Of a DNA stretch of 64,000 nt, positions 35,461 through 45,134 are shown one piece after another. The DNA comes from Candidatus Latescibacterota bacterium (GTDB taxonomy: Bacteria; Latescibacterota; UBA2968). Position 1 is the first letter of the stretch; each line of letters begins with the position of its first letter. The notes beneath the pieces are model-generated. The model was not told the DNA's origin and searched no databases. It saw only the letters and a list, made by a program, of their open reading frames with translations. Made by a program: the position numbers and the translations under genes. The DNA lies in contig OZ242195.1 in NCBI GenBank assembly GCA_965205975.1, positions 4,640,001-4,704,000 of the forward strand, written 5' to 3'.

Positions 35461-36936
35461 CTAAAAGAATTGCCGCTTTGTGTCAATCCACCGACTGATT
35501 GTGACCTTTTGTCGGGTGAAGAACGATATGCCTTCGGTGCCCTGTACATGTAAATCGCCGAAGAAGGAATTGTTCCACCCGGAGAAGGGGAAGAATGCCA
35601 TGGGCGCGGGTACGCCGATATTGATACCGACCATGCCTGCGTTTACCTCATGGCGAAACTTGCGTGCGGCTCCGCCACTGGATGTGAATAATACGGCTGC
35701 GTTGCCATATCCGCTGGCATTGCACCGCGCAATGGCCTCGCTCAGGTCGTCTGTGTGCATGGTCGATAATACCGGTCCGAAGATTTCTTCCTGCGCAATG
35801 GACATCTGGGGTTTTACCCGATCGAAAATTGTCGCGCCCAGGTAGAAGCCATGTGGTGTTTCTTCGACCTGTACATCGCGGCCATCTACGATCAGTTCTG
35901 CGCCTTCTTGCAGCCCATTTTCAATATGTTGATGGATGCGGTCCAGGTGCGTTTTGGTCACTACCGGTCCCATATCTACACCGGGGTCGCGGTCGGTTGG
36001 TCCCACTCGAAATTCGCGTGCGGTTTCACTGAGCGGTTCCAGGAAACGGTCGCCCGCACCTTCGGCACAGACGAGAACACTGCCGGCCATGCACCGTTCT
36101 CCGGCGCAACCATAAGCAGATCCCATTACGGCAGCTACGGTTGAGTCCAGGTCGGCGTCGGGCAATACGATTAAGTAATTTTTTGCGCCACCGGCTGATT
36201 GTACGCGTTTGCCATTGCGCGTAGCTGTTTCATAGACATAGCGCGCCACGGGTGTTGAACCGACGAATGAAACGGTTTTGACTTCGGGATGGGCGAGCAG
36301 GGCATCTACCGCGTCTTTTCCGCCGTGTGCGATGTTGAATACGCCGGGCGGTAATCCGGCTTCGGCCAATAATTCGCCAATTCGGATCGCGCTCAAGGGC
36401 ACGCGCTCCGATGGCTTTAATACATAGGTGTTGCCACATACCAGGGCAATGGGCAATGTCCACATGGGTACCATAGATGGGAAGTTGAATGGCGTGATGC
36501 CTACGGATACGCCTATGGGTTGCCGAATGGTGTCGCAATCAATCCCCTGTGCGATATTTTCCAGGGAGTCGCCCATCAAGAGCGCAGGCGCACCACAGGC
36601 AAATTCTGCGACTTCGATCCCACGTCGAATTTCACCCCGTGCATCTTCTATGGTTTTGCCGTTTTCAAGGGTTACGAGTTGGGCCAATTCCTCGAAGTGG
36701 GTTTCCATGAGTGCGACAAGCCGGAACATTACGCGTGCGCGATCAACGGCTGGTGTATTCGCCCATTCGGGAAATGCGTCTGCGGCTGATTGTACCACGC
36801 GATCTATCTCTAACGCGCCACATAAGGGTGTTGCGGCAATTTCTGTTCCATCCGATGGGTTGTAAACCGGTGCTGTTTCCGTTGCTTCAGATGCCACCCA
36901 TTCGCCATTGAGGAATAATTTGGCTGTTTCGGCCAT
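35461..36936 (-). CDS. mmsA: CoA-acylating (methyl)malonate-semialdehyde dehydrogenase
   Basis: GITPFNFPSMVPMW, LKPSE, SFVGSTPVA, GGAKNY, GCAGERCMA, EEIFGP, GINIGVPAP. Confidence 0.88.
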   Translation of the reverse strand: MAETAKLFLNGEWVASEATETAPVYNPSDGTEIAATPLCGALEIDRVVQSAADAFPEWANTPAVDRARVMFRLVALMETHFEELAQLVTLENGKTIEDARGEIRRGIEVAEFACGAPALLMGDSLENIAQGIDCDTIRQPIGVSVGITPFNFPSMVPMWTLPIALVCGNTYVLKPSERVPLSAIRIGELLAEAGLPPGVFNIAHGGKDAVDALLAHPEVKTVSFVGSTPVARYVYETATRNGKRVQSAGGAKNYLIVLPDADLDSTVAAVMGSAYGCAGERCMAGSVLVCAEGAGDRFLEPLSETAREFRVGPTDRDPGVDMGPVVTKTHLDRIHQHIENGLQEGAELIVDGRDVQVEETPHGFYLGATIFDRVKPQMSIAQEEIFGPVLSTMHTDDLSEAIARCNASGYGNAAVLFTSSGGAARKFRHEVNAGMVGINIGVPAPMAFFPFSGWNNSFFGDLHVQGTEGISFFTRQKVTISRWIDTKRQFF

Positions 36937-36951
36937 GATTATCTCCTGTGC

Positions 36952-38409
36952 TCACTCCGCTCCGTGTTGCCGAAATTTTGGTGTTTCGCCGGGTACGGGC
37001 GAGTTGTCAAATGCGCCCCGATGAATTACGGCCTCTTCGCCACCCAGAAATTCAATCATTTCTCGTTGCGAGGTTTTGGCCCGGGTATCCATAGCTTCGG
37101 GATCGATGAGGTCGCGCAATTCGCGTTCGAAATTTTCTATGACTTCCCGATGTTCGGGCGACTGCGCGAGGTCGTGGCACTCTTCGGGGTCGTCTATTGT
37201 ATCGAATAGTTGGGACGGATTATTGACGTGATATATGTATTTGTATTGTCGATTTCGCAACATATACGCCCCGTGTTGTGCACCTATCGCGTGGTATTCG
37301 CTAAATACTGTGCGGTCGCGGTCTTCTTCCCGTGCAATGGACCACAGTGATTCGCCTGGCAACTCTGCGTCGTCTTCGGTTTGTTGCGCGCCCACGGCTT
37401 CCAAAATTGTCGGGAAGCTATCGACGAGCGAGACAGGTGTTTCCACGACTTTGCCCGCGGGGACGTCGGGACCTGCCATCAGAAATGGCACGGCGGCCGA
37501 TTCTTCATACATGGTAAATTTGCCGTAGATACCGCGTCCGCCCATGTGCTCACCGTGATCTGTTGTGTAGATTATGCGGGTTGTGTCGGTTAGTTCCAGT
37601 TCGTCCAGGGTGTTTAGCACCCGACCAATTTGGCTGTCCAGATATGTGCATACGCCGTAGTACGCGGCATTTAGTTGTCGCACGATGGCTTCGGGGAATT
37701 GGGGATCAAATGTGAAGAATCGCCTGAAGTAGTCCATTGCGGGATGATCGGGCCAGTCCTCGGTTCGCCATTGCGGCGGCATGGGCAATTCGTCCGGGTC
37801 GTAGATGTCATATAAGTCTGGCGGAGAGATATACGGCGGGTGTGGGCACACAAATGACAGGAACAGGCACCAGGGAGTCTGGTCTTCCCGGTGCTCTTGT
37901 AACCACTTTATGGCGTGGTCTGCGTTGCGCTGGTCATATTGCAAATACGTCGAGTCGCCCGGTCCCGCTTCTCGAATTCCCGGTCGTTTGTTGCGAAAGG
38001 GCGGCTGTTCCCGGATACTACCCAGTACATCGCCTGTGCCATCTACGACGTTTAATGGTTCGATTTCTTCGGTGAATCCGTGATCTGTGCCCTGGCCCTT
38101 AAAGTGCAATTTGCCAATTGATGTGGCGTTAAAACCCTGCTCGCGCAAGCGGTGGTGCCAGCTCGGCGCGTTTCCGGTGTATGGATGTCCATTGTCCCAG
38201 TTGCCAATTTGATGCACGTAGCGTCCCGTGGCCAGAGATGCGCGCGCCGGTACGCAAATTGGACAGTTGGTATAGGCATTGGTAAACCGCGTGCCCTGTT
38301 CGGATAGCCGATCTAGGTTGGGGGTTTGTACTGTCGGGTGACCATAACATCCGAGTAGATTGCGATTGTGTTGATCGGAGATGATGTAGAGCATGTTTGT
38401 CTGTTGCAT
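36952..38409 (-). CDS. Sulfatase (choline-sulfatase-like)
   Basis: SDQH, CVPAR signature, GKLH, PHPP, TDHGE, SEYHA. Confidence 0.9.
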   Translation of the reverse strand: MQQTNMLYIISDQHNRNLLGCYGHPTVQTPNLDRLSEQGTRFTNAYTNCPICVPARASLATGRYVHQIGNWDNGHPYTGNAPSWHHRLREQGFNATSIGKLHFKGQGTDHGFTEEIEPLNVVDGTGDVLGSIREQPPFRNKRPGIREAGPGDSTYLQYDQRNADHAIKWLQEHREDQTPWCLFLSFVCPHPPYISPPDLYDIYDPDELPMPPQWRTEDWPDHPAMDYFRRFFTFDPQFPEAIVRQLNAAYYGVCTYLDSQIGRVLNTLDELELTDTTRIIYTTDHGEHMGGRGIYGKFTMYEESAAVPFLMAGPDVPAGKVVETPVSLVDSFPTILEAVGAQQTEDDAELPGESLWSIAREEDRDRTVFSEYHAIGAQHGAYMLRNRQYKYIYHVNNPSQLFDTIDDPEECHDLAQSPEHREVIENFERELRDLIDPEAMDTRAKTSQREMIEFLGGEEAVIHRGAFDNSPVPGETPKFRQHGAE

Positions 38410-38416
38410 AAAGACC

Positions 38417-38941
38417 TCATTTTTTCCATAAATTCATTACGGCACCATTTGTTCCAAAGACCGGATCGGATGCGGGCATTGGTACTTTGGGTATGTTTTC
38501 CAGCGCGTGTTTGTGTTCACGGGCACTTTCTCGACACAGGTCCGGGTGCTGTCCATCGGGATATGCGCCTACGACCAATAGGTCTGTACTCGCGCCCAGG
38601 TTTTTGTGTCCCACGCCCGCGGGAATTACCATGACATCGCCAGGTTCAATTGTCAAGCGCACGCCCTGTTCACCGCCCATGCACACTCTGGCACTTCCCT
38701 GTGCTATGCCCAGTACTTCGTGCGCTGTGGCGTGGTAGTGGTGAAAGGAATAGATGCCGTTGCGCCATGAACGCGACCAACAATTGGCGGCAAATATCTG
38801 CTCAAATGCCCGCGCGGGGTCGTCTTCGGGTAATGAAAGGGCGTCTTGATAGACTATGAGTGGGAATGCGCTATTTGGAACCACACCGTCGTCTTGAAAA
38901 TAATGCGGTGTTATTCGCACGTCTTTTTGAACGAATTCCAT
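38417..38941 (-). CDS. Cupin domain protein (YjlB-like)
   Basis: WRNGIYSFHHYHATAHEVLG, GDVMVIPAGVGH, VVGAYP. Confidence 0.85.
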   Translation of the reverse strand: MEFVQKDVRITPHYFQDDGVVPNSAFPLIVYQDALSLPEDDPARAFEQIFAANCWSRSWRNGIYSFHHYHATAHEVLGIAQGSARVCMGGEQGVRLTIEPGDVMVIPAGVGHKNLGASTDLLVVGAYPDGQHPDLCRESAREHKHALENIPKVPMPASDPVFGTNGAVMNLWKK

Positions 38942-38972
38942 AAACTATCCTTTCGCGAGGATTCAGGGGGTT

Positions 38973-39755
38973 TTAAGTCATTGTCCTCATTACTTCGATG
39001 CATTCGGCTACCTGTGCCTCTGGGGATGGGGCGTTATTTTCTTCTTCCAGTACCAACCAGCCTGTAAATCCTTGTAGCGCGTTTCGCAATGCTGATAGGT
39101 CTAATACGCCCGTGTCCAATTGTGGTCGGATTGCATGGCCTGCAGCGTCTTCTGAATGGTCTGCGAGGTGGATGATGTGTAGTCTGTTTGAGAGTTCTCT
39201 GACCAATGCGATTGCGTCTTTGCCTGCCCGTATGTGGTGCCCGGTGTCAAAGGCAAATCCGACGTATGACGGTTCGGTATATGACGCGAGTTTGACCAGT
39301 CCTTCTTGTTCAGATTCCCACCAGTGGTTGTGATAGGCGAGTTGGATACCTTTGGGCGCGCAGTGTTCGCCTAACAGATTCAGACCTTCTGCGGTTTTTT
39401 TCCACATTTCGTCTGATACGGTTCTCTGTGTTGGTCGCCGTCCGCTGCAAACAATGTACTGTCCGCCAACAGCGGATACAAAGTCGGCGATCTGATTCCC
39501 CTCAGTTCTGATTTGTTTGCGCGAGGATTCATCCCAATGAGCGGCTCCGTAATGCGCGCCAATTAGTTCGAGATTGGTTTCGGATAGGATGCGTTTGAAT
39601 GCTTTGGGGTCTTGAAAATATCGCTCCAGATTTTTCCAATTTGCTTCCAGTCCCCTGAAACACAGCTTTCCGATTTGGTGAACCACTGAGAGGAAGTCCG
39701 CTTCGTTGGGGTATATCCCTTTGCCATAAGATCTCGCCTGACATCCGAGTTTCAT
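38973..39755 (-). CDS. Sugar phosphate isomerase/epimerase (IolE-like TIM barrel)
   Basis: LAYHNH, FDTGH, IHLAD, WLVLEE. Confidence 0.8.
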   Translation of the reverse strand: MKLGCQARSYGKGIYPNEADFLSVVHQIGKLCFRGLEANWKNLERYFQDPKAFKRILSETNLELIGAHYGAAHWDESSRKQIRTEGNQIADFVSAVGGQYIVCSGRRPTQRTVSDEMWKKTAEGLNLLGEHCAPKGIQLAYHNHWWESEQEGLVKLASYTEPSYVGFAFDTGHHIRAGKDAIALVRELSNRLHIIHLADHSEDAAGHAIRPQLDTGVLDLSALRNALQGFTGWLVLEEENNAPSPEAQVAECIEVMRTMT

Positions 39756-39770
39756 TTTGTCTTCCTCTGG

Positions 39771-40772
39771 CTAAAGCTCGACTGTGATGGCTTTTCCTTC
39801 GCGGGAAGAGAAATATGCACCTTCGCTTACCGCTACTTGTGCGAGTCCATCTCGCAGGCTCGCTCCGGGCGATACATCTGTTCGCCCTTCTTTCACGCAT
39901 TGCGCGAAATGCGTCCACATGTCTGTCGGCGGCTGTCCCGAGCCTGTCCATTCTCCCGATTTTAGATCAATCGGTGTTTTGTCTTCGTTAAATCCGAGGT
40001 GTGTCACGTATCGGATTCTATTGCGTTCTACCGACGAAATATTTCCCCGCAAACCCGCCATCTGATAGATGTTCTGCATCTGGATTCCCGCCATGCTGCC
40101 GGTCATACACACGATTTGTCCGTTTTCGCATCGGGTTGTGATGTTGACAAATTCTACGGCGTCTTTGTCGGGTTTGAACAGGCCGCATTGCTCGTGTCCC
40201 ATGACTTCCACGGGCAAAGAGCCAGTCCACCACAACGCCAGGTCCATGGTGTGTGAGAGCGCGTCGAGGATGCCGCTGTAGTGTTCGGGGAAGAAATACT
40301 GCGGGTTAAAAAATCCGCGCTGAAGTGTTACATTGGTTTGTATCAGGTCGATCTGTTCCGCCAGTGCTTTCATTTCCTGGGCAAAAGCCGTGAAGCGAGA
40401 TTGATATCCCACCATTGCTACGACGTTATTTTTTTCTGCCATTTCACAAATTTCTATGCCCGATTCAATGCTGTCGCAGTATGGTTTTTCGACCAGGAAT
40501 GGCTTGCCTGCCGCGGCTGCATCGCGCATGACGCCTGCGTGATGTCGCGTGTGCGTTGCAATTGCCAGGGCGTCGATATCGTCTCGTGCGATGACTTCCC
40601 GATGGTCGAGTTCGTATTTTACGTTGAAATTTTCAGCCGCGTTTTTGGCGCGTTCTTCATCCAGGTCGCACACGAGTGCGAGTTCGGCTTCATCGCATCC
40701 CAATAGTTCGCGTGCATGCGACGGTCCGCGCTGTCCTGTGCCAATGACCGCTACGCGAATTTTGTTTGACAT
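39771..40772 (-). CDS. Gfo/Idh/MocA family oxidoreductase
   Basis: VIGTGQRG, LVEKP, MVGYQSRF, SHTMD. Confidence 0.85.
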   Translation of the reverse strand: MSNKIRVAVIGTGQRGPSHARELLGCDEAELALVCDLDEERAKNAAENFNVKYELDHREVIARDDIDALAIATHTRHHAGVMRDAAAAGKPFLVEKPYCDSIESGIEICEMAEKNNVVAMVGYQSRFTAFAQEMKALAEQIDLIQTNVTLQRGFFNPQYFFPEHYSGILDALSHTMDLALWWTGSLPVEVMGHEQCGLFKPDKDAVEFVNITTRCENGQIVCMTGSMAGIQMQNIYQMAGLRGNISSVERNRIRYVTHLGFNEDKTPIDLKSGEWTGSGQPPTDMWTHFAQCVKEGRTDVSPGASLRDGLAQVAVSEGAYFSSREGKAITVEL

Positions 40773-40941
40773 AATACGCTCCTTTCATCCGTGAATATGA
40801 TTTTGAGGTTAAGAAATAACTACCAATCTCTCAATACGTCAACAAAAATAGCCCGTTCTGTCTTGACAAGTGCTCAAAGGTGTCAGTACTTTTGGTTTAA
40901 CAGGTATTGAAACACCCTTAAAAGTGGATACGGAGGATTAA

Positions 40942-41043
40942 ATGAGCGATATAGATAAATCAGAGGGTGCTTATGTTCGCGAGGGCGAGGAGATGGCGTT
41001 CTCGCTTGGGAATCGCGGTGCTGTCAAATTTAATGCGGATTGA
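40942..41043 (+). pseudogene. 33-aa truncated ORF resembling the N-terminus of a phytanoyl-CoA dioxygenase-family protein
   Basis: GGAGGA RBS; MSDIDKSEGAYVREGEEMAFSLGNRGAVKFNAD*; TTGACA at 40863 upstream. Confidence 0.45.
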
Positions 41044-41085
41044 GTGTGAGTGGGATGATGTTAAAGTGTTGGAATCAGTATAGAC

Positions 41086-42543
41086 ATGAAAAAAAAAGAG
41101 AATACATTGCAAAATTTCTTGGCGGGTGTTGCAAAGGTAGTGATAACCGATCCAGAGGCGGGACCGGCCAATGATCCACTTTATGTCAAAGCTCTGGCTC
41201 TGAGGTCTGGTACTGAAACTGCTGTTATTGTGACTGTAGATGTGGTGGCTATAGCTGAAATCGGTTCTATCAGAAATGATTTTCTCGCCAATGTACGTTC
41301 GCAATTGAATAGGGAGTTAAATCTCGATTCTGCGCGTATTCTGATTAATGCCAGCCATTGTCATGGTAAGGTGTGTGCAGATGTGGAAGCGCGAACTGTT
41401 CAGGCGGTCGTGGAGGCGTGGCAAAATATGGTCCCCGTAAGTATCGGTGCTGGCACTGGCTGCGAGGACAGGATTATGGAAAATCGCAGGCTTGTGTTGA
41501 AGAATGGAAAGGAAGCCGATGTCCGTCACGCGTACTCGCTTCCACCCGATGAGGAGGTCGCTTCGGTCGGGCCAGTTGATCCGGAGATTGGCATTCTTCG
41601 GCTGGACAGGGAGGATGGAGAGACACTGGCGGTTGTTTACAATTTTGCGTGTCATCCGATTCTGGAGGTGCCGAGTAGAGAAAATACGGCGGATGTTTCC
41701 GGGTTTGCGTCAAAGGTGATTGAGGATAATTTGAGCGAGGATACGATTGCGCTGTTTTTGCAGGGTTGTGGGGGTGATGTCAATCCGATTTTGTACAAGG
41801 ATGTCAATAATCCTCGGGATGCCGAGATTTTGGGGAATATGCTGGGTCTCAGTACTTTGCAGGGGTTGAAGAAGATCCGCAGTAGTGAAGGAGGGGAGTT
41901 GAAGGTTATCCGTGAGACCATTGAACTGCCGAGGGCTGATCTCGCAGAGCATATCGAATCTCTACAGGCCGAACAGATACAATTGCTTCAAGCTCTGAAG
42001 GGGACGAGTCTCAATTTGAAGACGTTTATTCCGCTGTATGTGAAATACAATCTGTCCCGCGACTTTCCATCTTATTATTCCCATCGTTATTTGCATGAGG
42101 AGATGATGAGGAGAGATGGTTTGAAGAAGCTGGATGCCGAAAATAGAGCGAATATGGACCGATATATTGAGAATATTTACGCGATGGAGCAATTGACGAG
42201 GATCCAGATCAATCTAAATTTGCTAAAAAAACATCAGGCGCGGAATGTGGCTGCTGGAGAGAGGACAATTGAAGTTGAGATGATGGGTCTGAGAGTTGGG
42301 GAGTTTGTTCTGGTGACGTTCCCGGGTGAGTTGTCGGTGGAGATCGGTCTTAATATTAAAAAGAAGTCTCCGCATAAGTTCACTTTTGTCGCGGGTGTTA
42401 CAAATGGTTATATCTATTATACGCCAACGGCAGAGCAGCTCGAAAATCGGGGCGGTGCGCAAGAAGATAGCGATTGTATGCTGGCGCCTGAGTGGCAGAT
42501 GATTTTTGAGGATAAGGTGGAGAAAATATTGGCTGTGTTGTGA
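41086..42543 (+). CDS. Ceramidase-like amidohydrolase family protein
   Basis: DPLYVKAL, NASHCH, ENRR, NFACHP, QGCGGD, FPGE, GVTNGYIYY. Confidence 0.7.
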   Translation: MKKKENTLQNFLAGVAKVVITDPEAGPANDPLYVKALALRSGTETAVIVTVDVVAIAEIGSIRNDFLANVRSQLNRELNLDSARILINASHCHGKVCADVEARTVQAVVEAWQNMVPVSIGAGTGCEDRIMENRRLVLKNGKEADVRHAYSLPPDEEVASVGPVDPEIGILRLDREDGETLAVVYNFACHPILEVPSRENTADVSGFASKVIEDNLSEDTIALFLQGCGGDVNPILYKDVNNPRDAEILGNMLGLSTLQGLKKIRSSEGGELKVIRETIELPRADLAEHIESLQAEQIQLLQALKGTSLNLKTFIPLYVKYNLSRDFPSYYSHRYLHEEMMRRDGLKKLDAENRANMDRYIENIYAMEQLTRIQINLNLLKKHQARNVAAGERTIEVEMMGLRVGEFVLVTFPGELSVEIGLNIKKKSPHKFTFVAGVTNGYIYYTPTAEQLENRGGAQEDSDCMLAPEWQMIFEDKVEKILAVL

Positions 42544-42575
42544 AGGGTGATTTTTCATTTGATTGGAGGTTTCCC

Positions 42576-43451
42576 ATGAAATATGGACTGAGTGTGGAAC
42601 AGGTGGCGCAGTTCCACGACGATGGTTTTTTGATCGTCCGCGATCAGCTTCCCAAAGAAGCGTACCAACCGTTTACCGATGAAGTTGTTGCTAAAATTGA
42701 TGAGGTGGTGGGCGCGGCGGTGGATGAGGGGCTGCTCGATCCGGGGGATACCTTTCCCGACGCGTCTTTTGAGACCCGATTGGCTCTGGTGTCGAATGCC
42801 TGTTCGGAGCCAGAGCGGATCTGGAAGAATTTTCAGGGGAAGAGGTTTAAGACGCCCGGGATGTTCGCGCTCAGGACGCATCCCGCTATACTGGACGCGA
42901 CTGAATCTCTGATTGGTCCTGAAATTTTTGCCCATCCGCAGTCCAACCTGCGCGCAAAATTACCAGATCTGGAAGCGACCGTGGTGCCGTGGCATCAGGA
43001 CCTGGCTTATCTCATACCAGAGGATGCGGGAGAGACGTTATTTGTCAATTTCTGGATCCCACTGGTTAAGGCGACGGCTAACAACGGGTGTTTGCAGGTG
43101 CTTCGCGGTTCTCATAGGGTCGGTCTTTTGCCGCATGATTATCGGACACCCCACTTCAAAGGGGTCTTCGAAAGCGATCTTCCGGATTTTGAGGTCGTGA
43201 CCTGCGAGGTGGATGTGGGGGATGTATTGTTGACGATGGAGCGGGTTCTTCATCGATCAACCCCGCATACGACAAATTCGGTCAGGTGGAGTCTGGATGT
43301 TCGCTATAGCCGCATTGGGCTTCCGACGGGTCGTGAGGATGTGCCGGGTTTTATCGCTCGAAGCCGGGTTAATCCGGAGAGCGTGGCGAGGTCCCATCAC
43401 GATTGGATCAGGAATTACGAGATGGCGGGTATCGATCCGTTCGGCAATTGA
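42576..43451 (+). CDS. Phytanoyl-CoA dioxygenase (PhyH) family 2OG-Fe(II) oxygenase
   Basis: FHDDGFL, PWHQD, WIPL..AT..NGCL...GSH, LHRS, RWSLDVRY; GGAGG RBS. Confidence 0.88.
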   Translation: MKYGLSVEQVAQFHDDGFLIVRDQLPKEAYQPFTDEVVAKIDEVVGAAVDEGLLDPGDTFPDASFETRLALVSNACSEPERIWKNFQGKRFKTPGMFALRTHPAILDATESLIGPEIFAHPQSNLRAKLPDLEATVVPWHQDLAYLIPEDAGETLFVNFWIPLVKATANNGCLQVLRGSHRVGLLPHDYRTPHFKGVFESDLPDFEVVTCEVDVGDVLLTMERVLHRSTPHTTNSVRWSLDVRYSRIGLPTGREDVPGFIARSRVNPESVARSHHDWIRNYEMAGIDPFGN

Positions 43452-43464
43452 GGAGGAGTGTGTT

Positions 43465-44715
43465 ATGGAACTGACAGGAGAACAGCAGGCTGTTCTGGAT
43501 GGGTCACGGGGAGACTATCTGGCAAAGTGCATGCGCTGGCTGGTTGATTGGGGTGAGGTAATGGGGGCAAAACGGCTGATTAAGGTGGATAATACACACG
43601 CTTTGCTGCCAGTGCCCAATTTGATGGCTCAGGGGGCGTCCAAAGAGACGATGGACCGATATATGGCCGATCTCGTGGAGGCGTGTTCCCACGGGACGCA
43701 TCCCGGATGTACCTGTACGGTGCATGCGGCGTTTGTGACTCTGGACGATGTGGATGTGCCCGAGAATGATCCCGAACAGGTGCAGATGCAGAAGGATCTG
43801 GCGGTTCTGGCTGCGGATGCGGGATTTATTCCCACTTTTACCTGCGCTCCGTATCTGGTGGGCAATGTGCCGCTCAAGGACGAGGTTCTGGCGTGGACGG
43901 AGTCGTCTGCGGTGGTTTATGCCAATTCTATTTTGGGCGCGCGGACTACGCGACACGGTACGGAGAGCGCGATTGCCGCCTCGCTTCTGGGTCTGGTTCC
44001 GGAGTTTGGCGTGTTGCTGGATGAGAATCGCAAGGGTACGCTTCGGATAGAGGTGACGGCGGAGTTGGAGGATCCGCCCGATTGGGGTGCTCTGGGCTAT
44101 TTTGCAGGGAAAGCCGCGGGTCTGGGTATTCCGGTGTTCAATGGCATACGACGGCCCTCTCAGGATGAGGCCAAGCAACTCTGTGCGGCTCTGGCGACTT
44201 CGGGCGGGGTGACGATGTGTCACATCGCGGGTGTTACGCCAGAAGCGCCTACGATAGATGCGGCTTTTCAGGGGGATGTTCCAGAGAATTATCTGACGTT
44301 TGATGCAGAGACGTTGAGGGAGACTTATGAGTCTTTGCGGGTGCGCACGGGAGATGAAATCGATTCGGTCATTCTGGGCTGTCCTCATGCGTCTATTAAT
44401 GAGCTTTCGAAAATTGCCGCTCTTTTGAAGGGGAAAAAGGTGGCGGAAGGGGTGCGCCTGTGGATCGATACGGCGCGGGGTACGAAGGGGAATGCGGATA
44501 GGATGGGCTATACGGAGATTATCGAGGCGGCTGGCGGGCGCATTCTTTGCGATACCTGTCCGACCAATATGCGGATTCCGGCGAAGCGCATTGTGACCCA
44601 CGGTTTTAAGCAGGCGCACTATGCGCGGGGGATGGTGGGCGCAGAAGTGATTATTGCCAAGACGGACGCCTGCATACGCGCGGCAGTTGCCGGGAGGTGG
44701 CTCGGAGATGGCTGA
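43465..44715 (+). CDS. Aconitase X catalytic (large) subunit, DUF521
   Basis: TFTCAPY, WTESSAVVYANSILGART, HIAGVTPEA, LGCPHAS, DTC. Confidence 0.88.
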   Translation: MELTGEQQAVLDGSRGDYLAKCMRWLVDWGEVMGAKRLIKVDNTHALLPVPNLMAQGASKETMDRYMADLVEACSHGTHPGCTCTVHAAFVTLDDVDVPENDPEQVQMQKDLAVLAADAGFIPTFTCAPYLVGNVPLKDEVLAWTESSAVVYANSILGARTTRHGTESAIAASLLGLVPEFGVLLDENRKGTLRIEVTAELEDPPDWGALGYFAGKAAGLGIPVFNGIRRPSQDEAKQLCAALATSGGVTMCHIAGVTPEAPTIDAAFQGDVPENYLTFDAETLRETYESLRVRTGDEIDSVILGCPHASINELSKIAALLKGKKVAEGVRLWIDTARGTKGNADRMGYTEIIEAAGGRILCDTCPTNMRIPAKRIVTHGFKQAHYARGMVGAEVIIAKTDACIRAAVAGRWLGDG

Positions 44716-45124
44716 TACCATTGATATCAGGGGGCACGGCGTGGTTAAGGGATACGCTGAGGGAGAGGCGCTGGTGGCTGATACGACGCTGTCGTTCTGG
44801 GGCGAGGTGGATGCAATTACGGGCAAGGTGATCGGCGTGGGGCATCCTCTGGAGGGGATTTCTCTGGGGGGGCGCGTGCTGGTTATTCGCTCGACCAAAG
44901 GTTCTTCGGGTACGCCTATGGTTTTAAATCTGGCACAGTTGGAGGGCAATGCGCCTGCGGCTTTTGTCAATGTGGAGGTAGATGGATTGGCAGCTCTTGG
45001 ATGTATTGTCAATGAGATTCCGATGATGACAGAGTTGGAGCAAGATCCTTTTGAGTTGATCGCTACGGGCGACCACGTGGTGGTGGATGCCGATGAGGGC
45101 GTGTTGCGGGTGACGCGGAAATAA
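44708..45124 (+). CDS. Aconitase X swivel (small) subunit, DUF126
   Basis: GYAEGEALV, SFWGEVD..TG.VI..GHPL.G, TKGSSG; overlaps the large-subunit stop. Confidence 0.88.
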   Translation: MADTIDIRGHGVVKGYAEGEALVADTTLSFWGEVDAITGKVIGVGHPLEGISLGGRVLVIRSTKGSSGTPMVLNLAQLEGNAPAAFVNVEVDGLAALGCIVNEIPMMTELEQDPFELIATGDHVVVDADEGVLRVTRK

Positions 45125-45134
45125 GGAATTTAAT

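Noticed and set aside
41041..41049. Selenocysteine or readthrough at the TGA ending the 33-aa ORF
   Set aside because: A second in-frame TGA follows two codons later and no SECIS-like hairpin is evident.
43504..45012. 502-aa minus-strand ORF
   Set aside because: Antisense shadow of the aconitase X genes; Arg/His/Pro-rich with no motifs.
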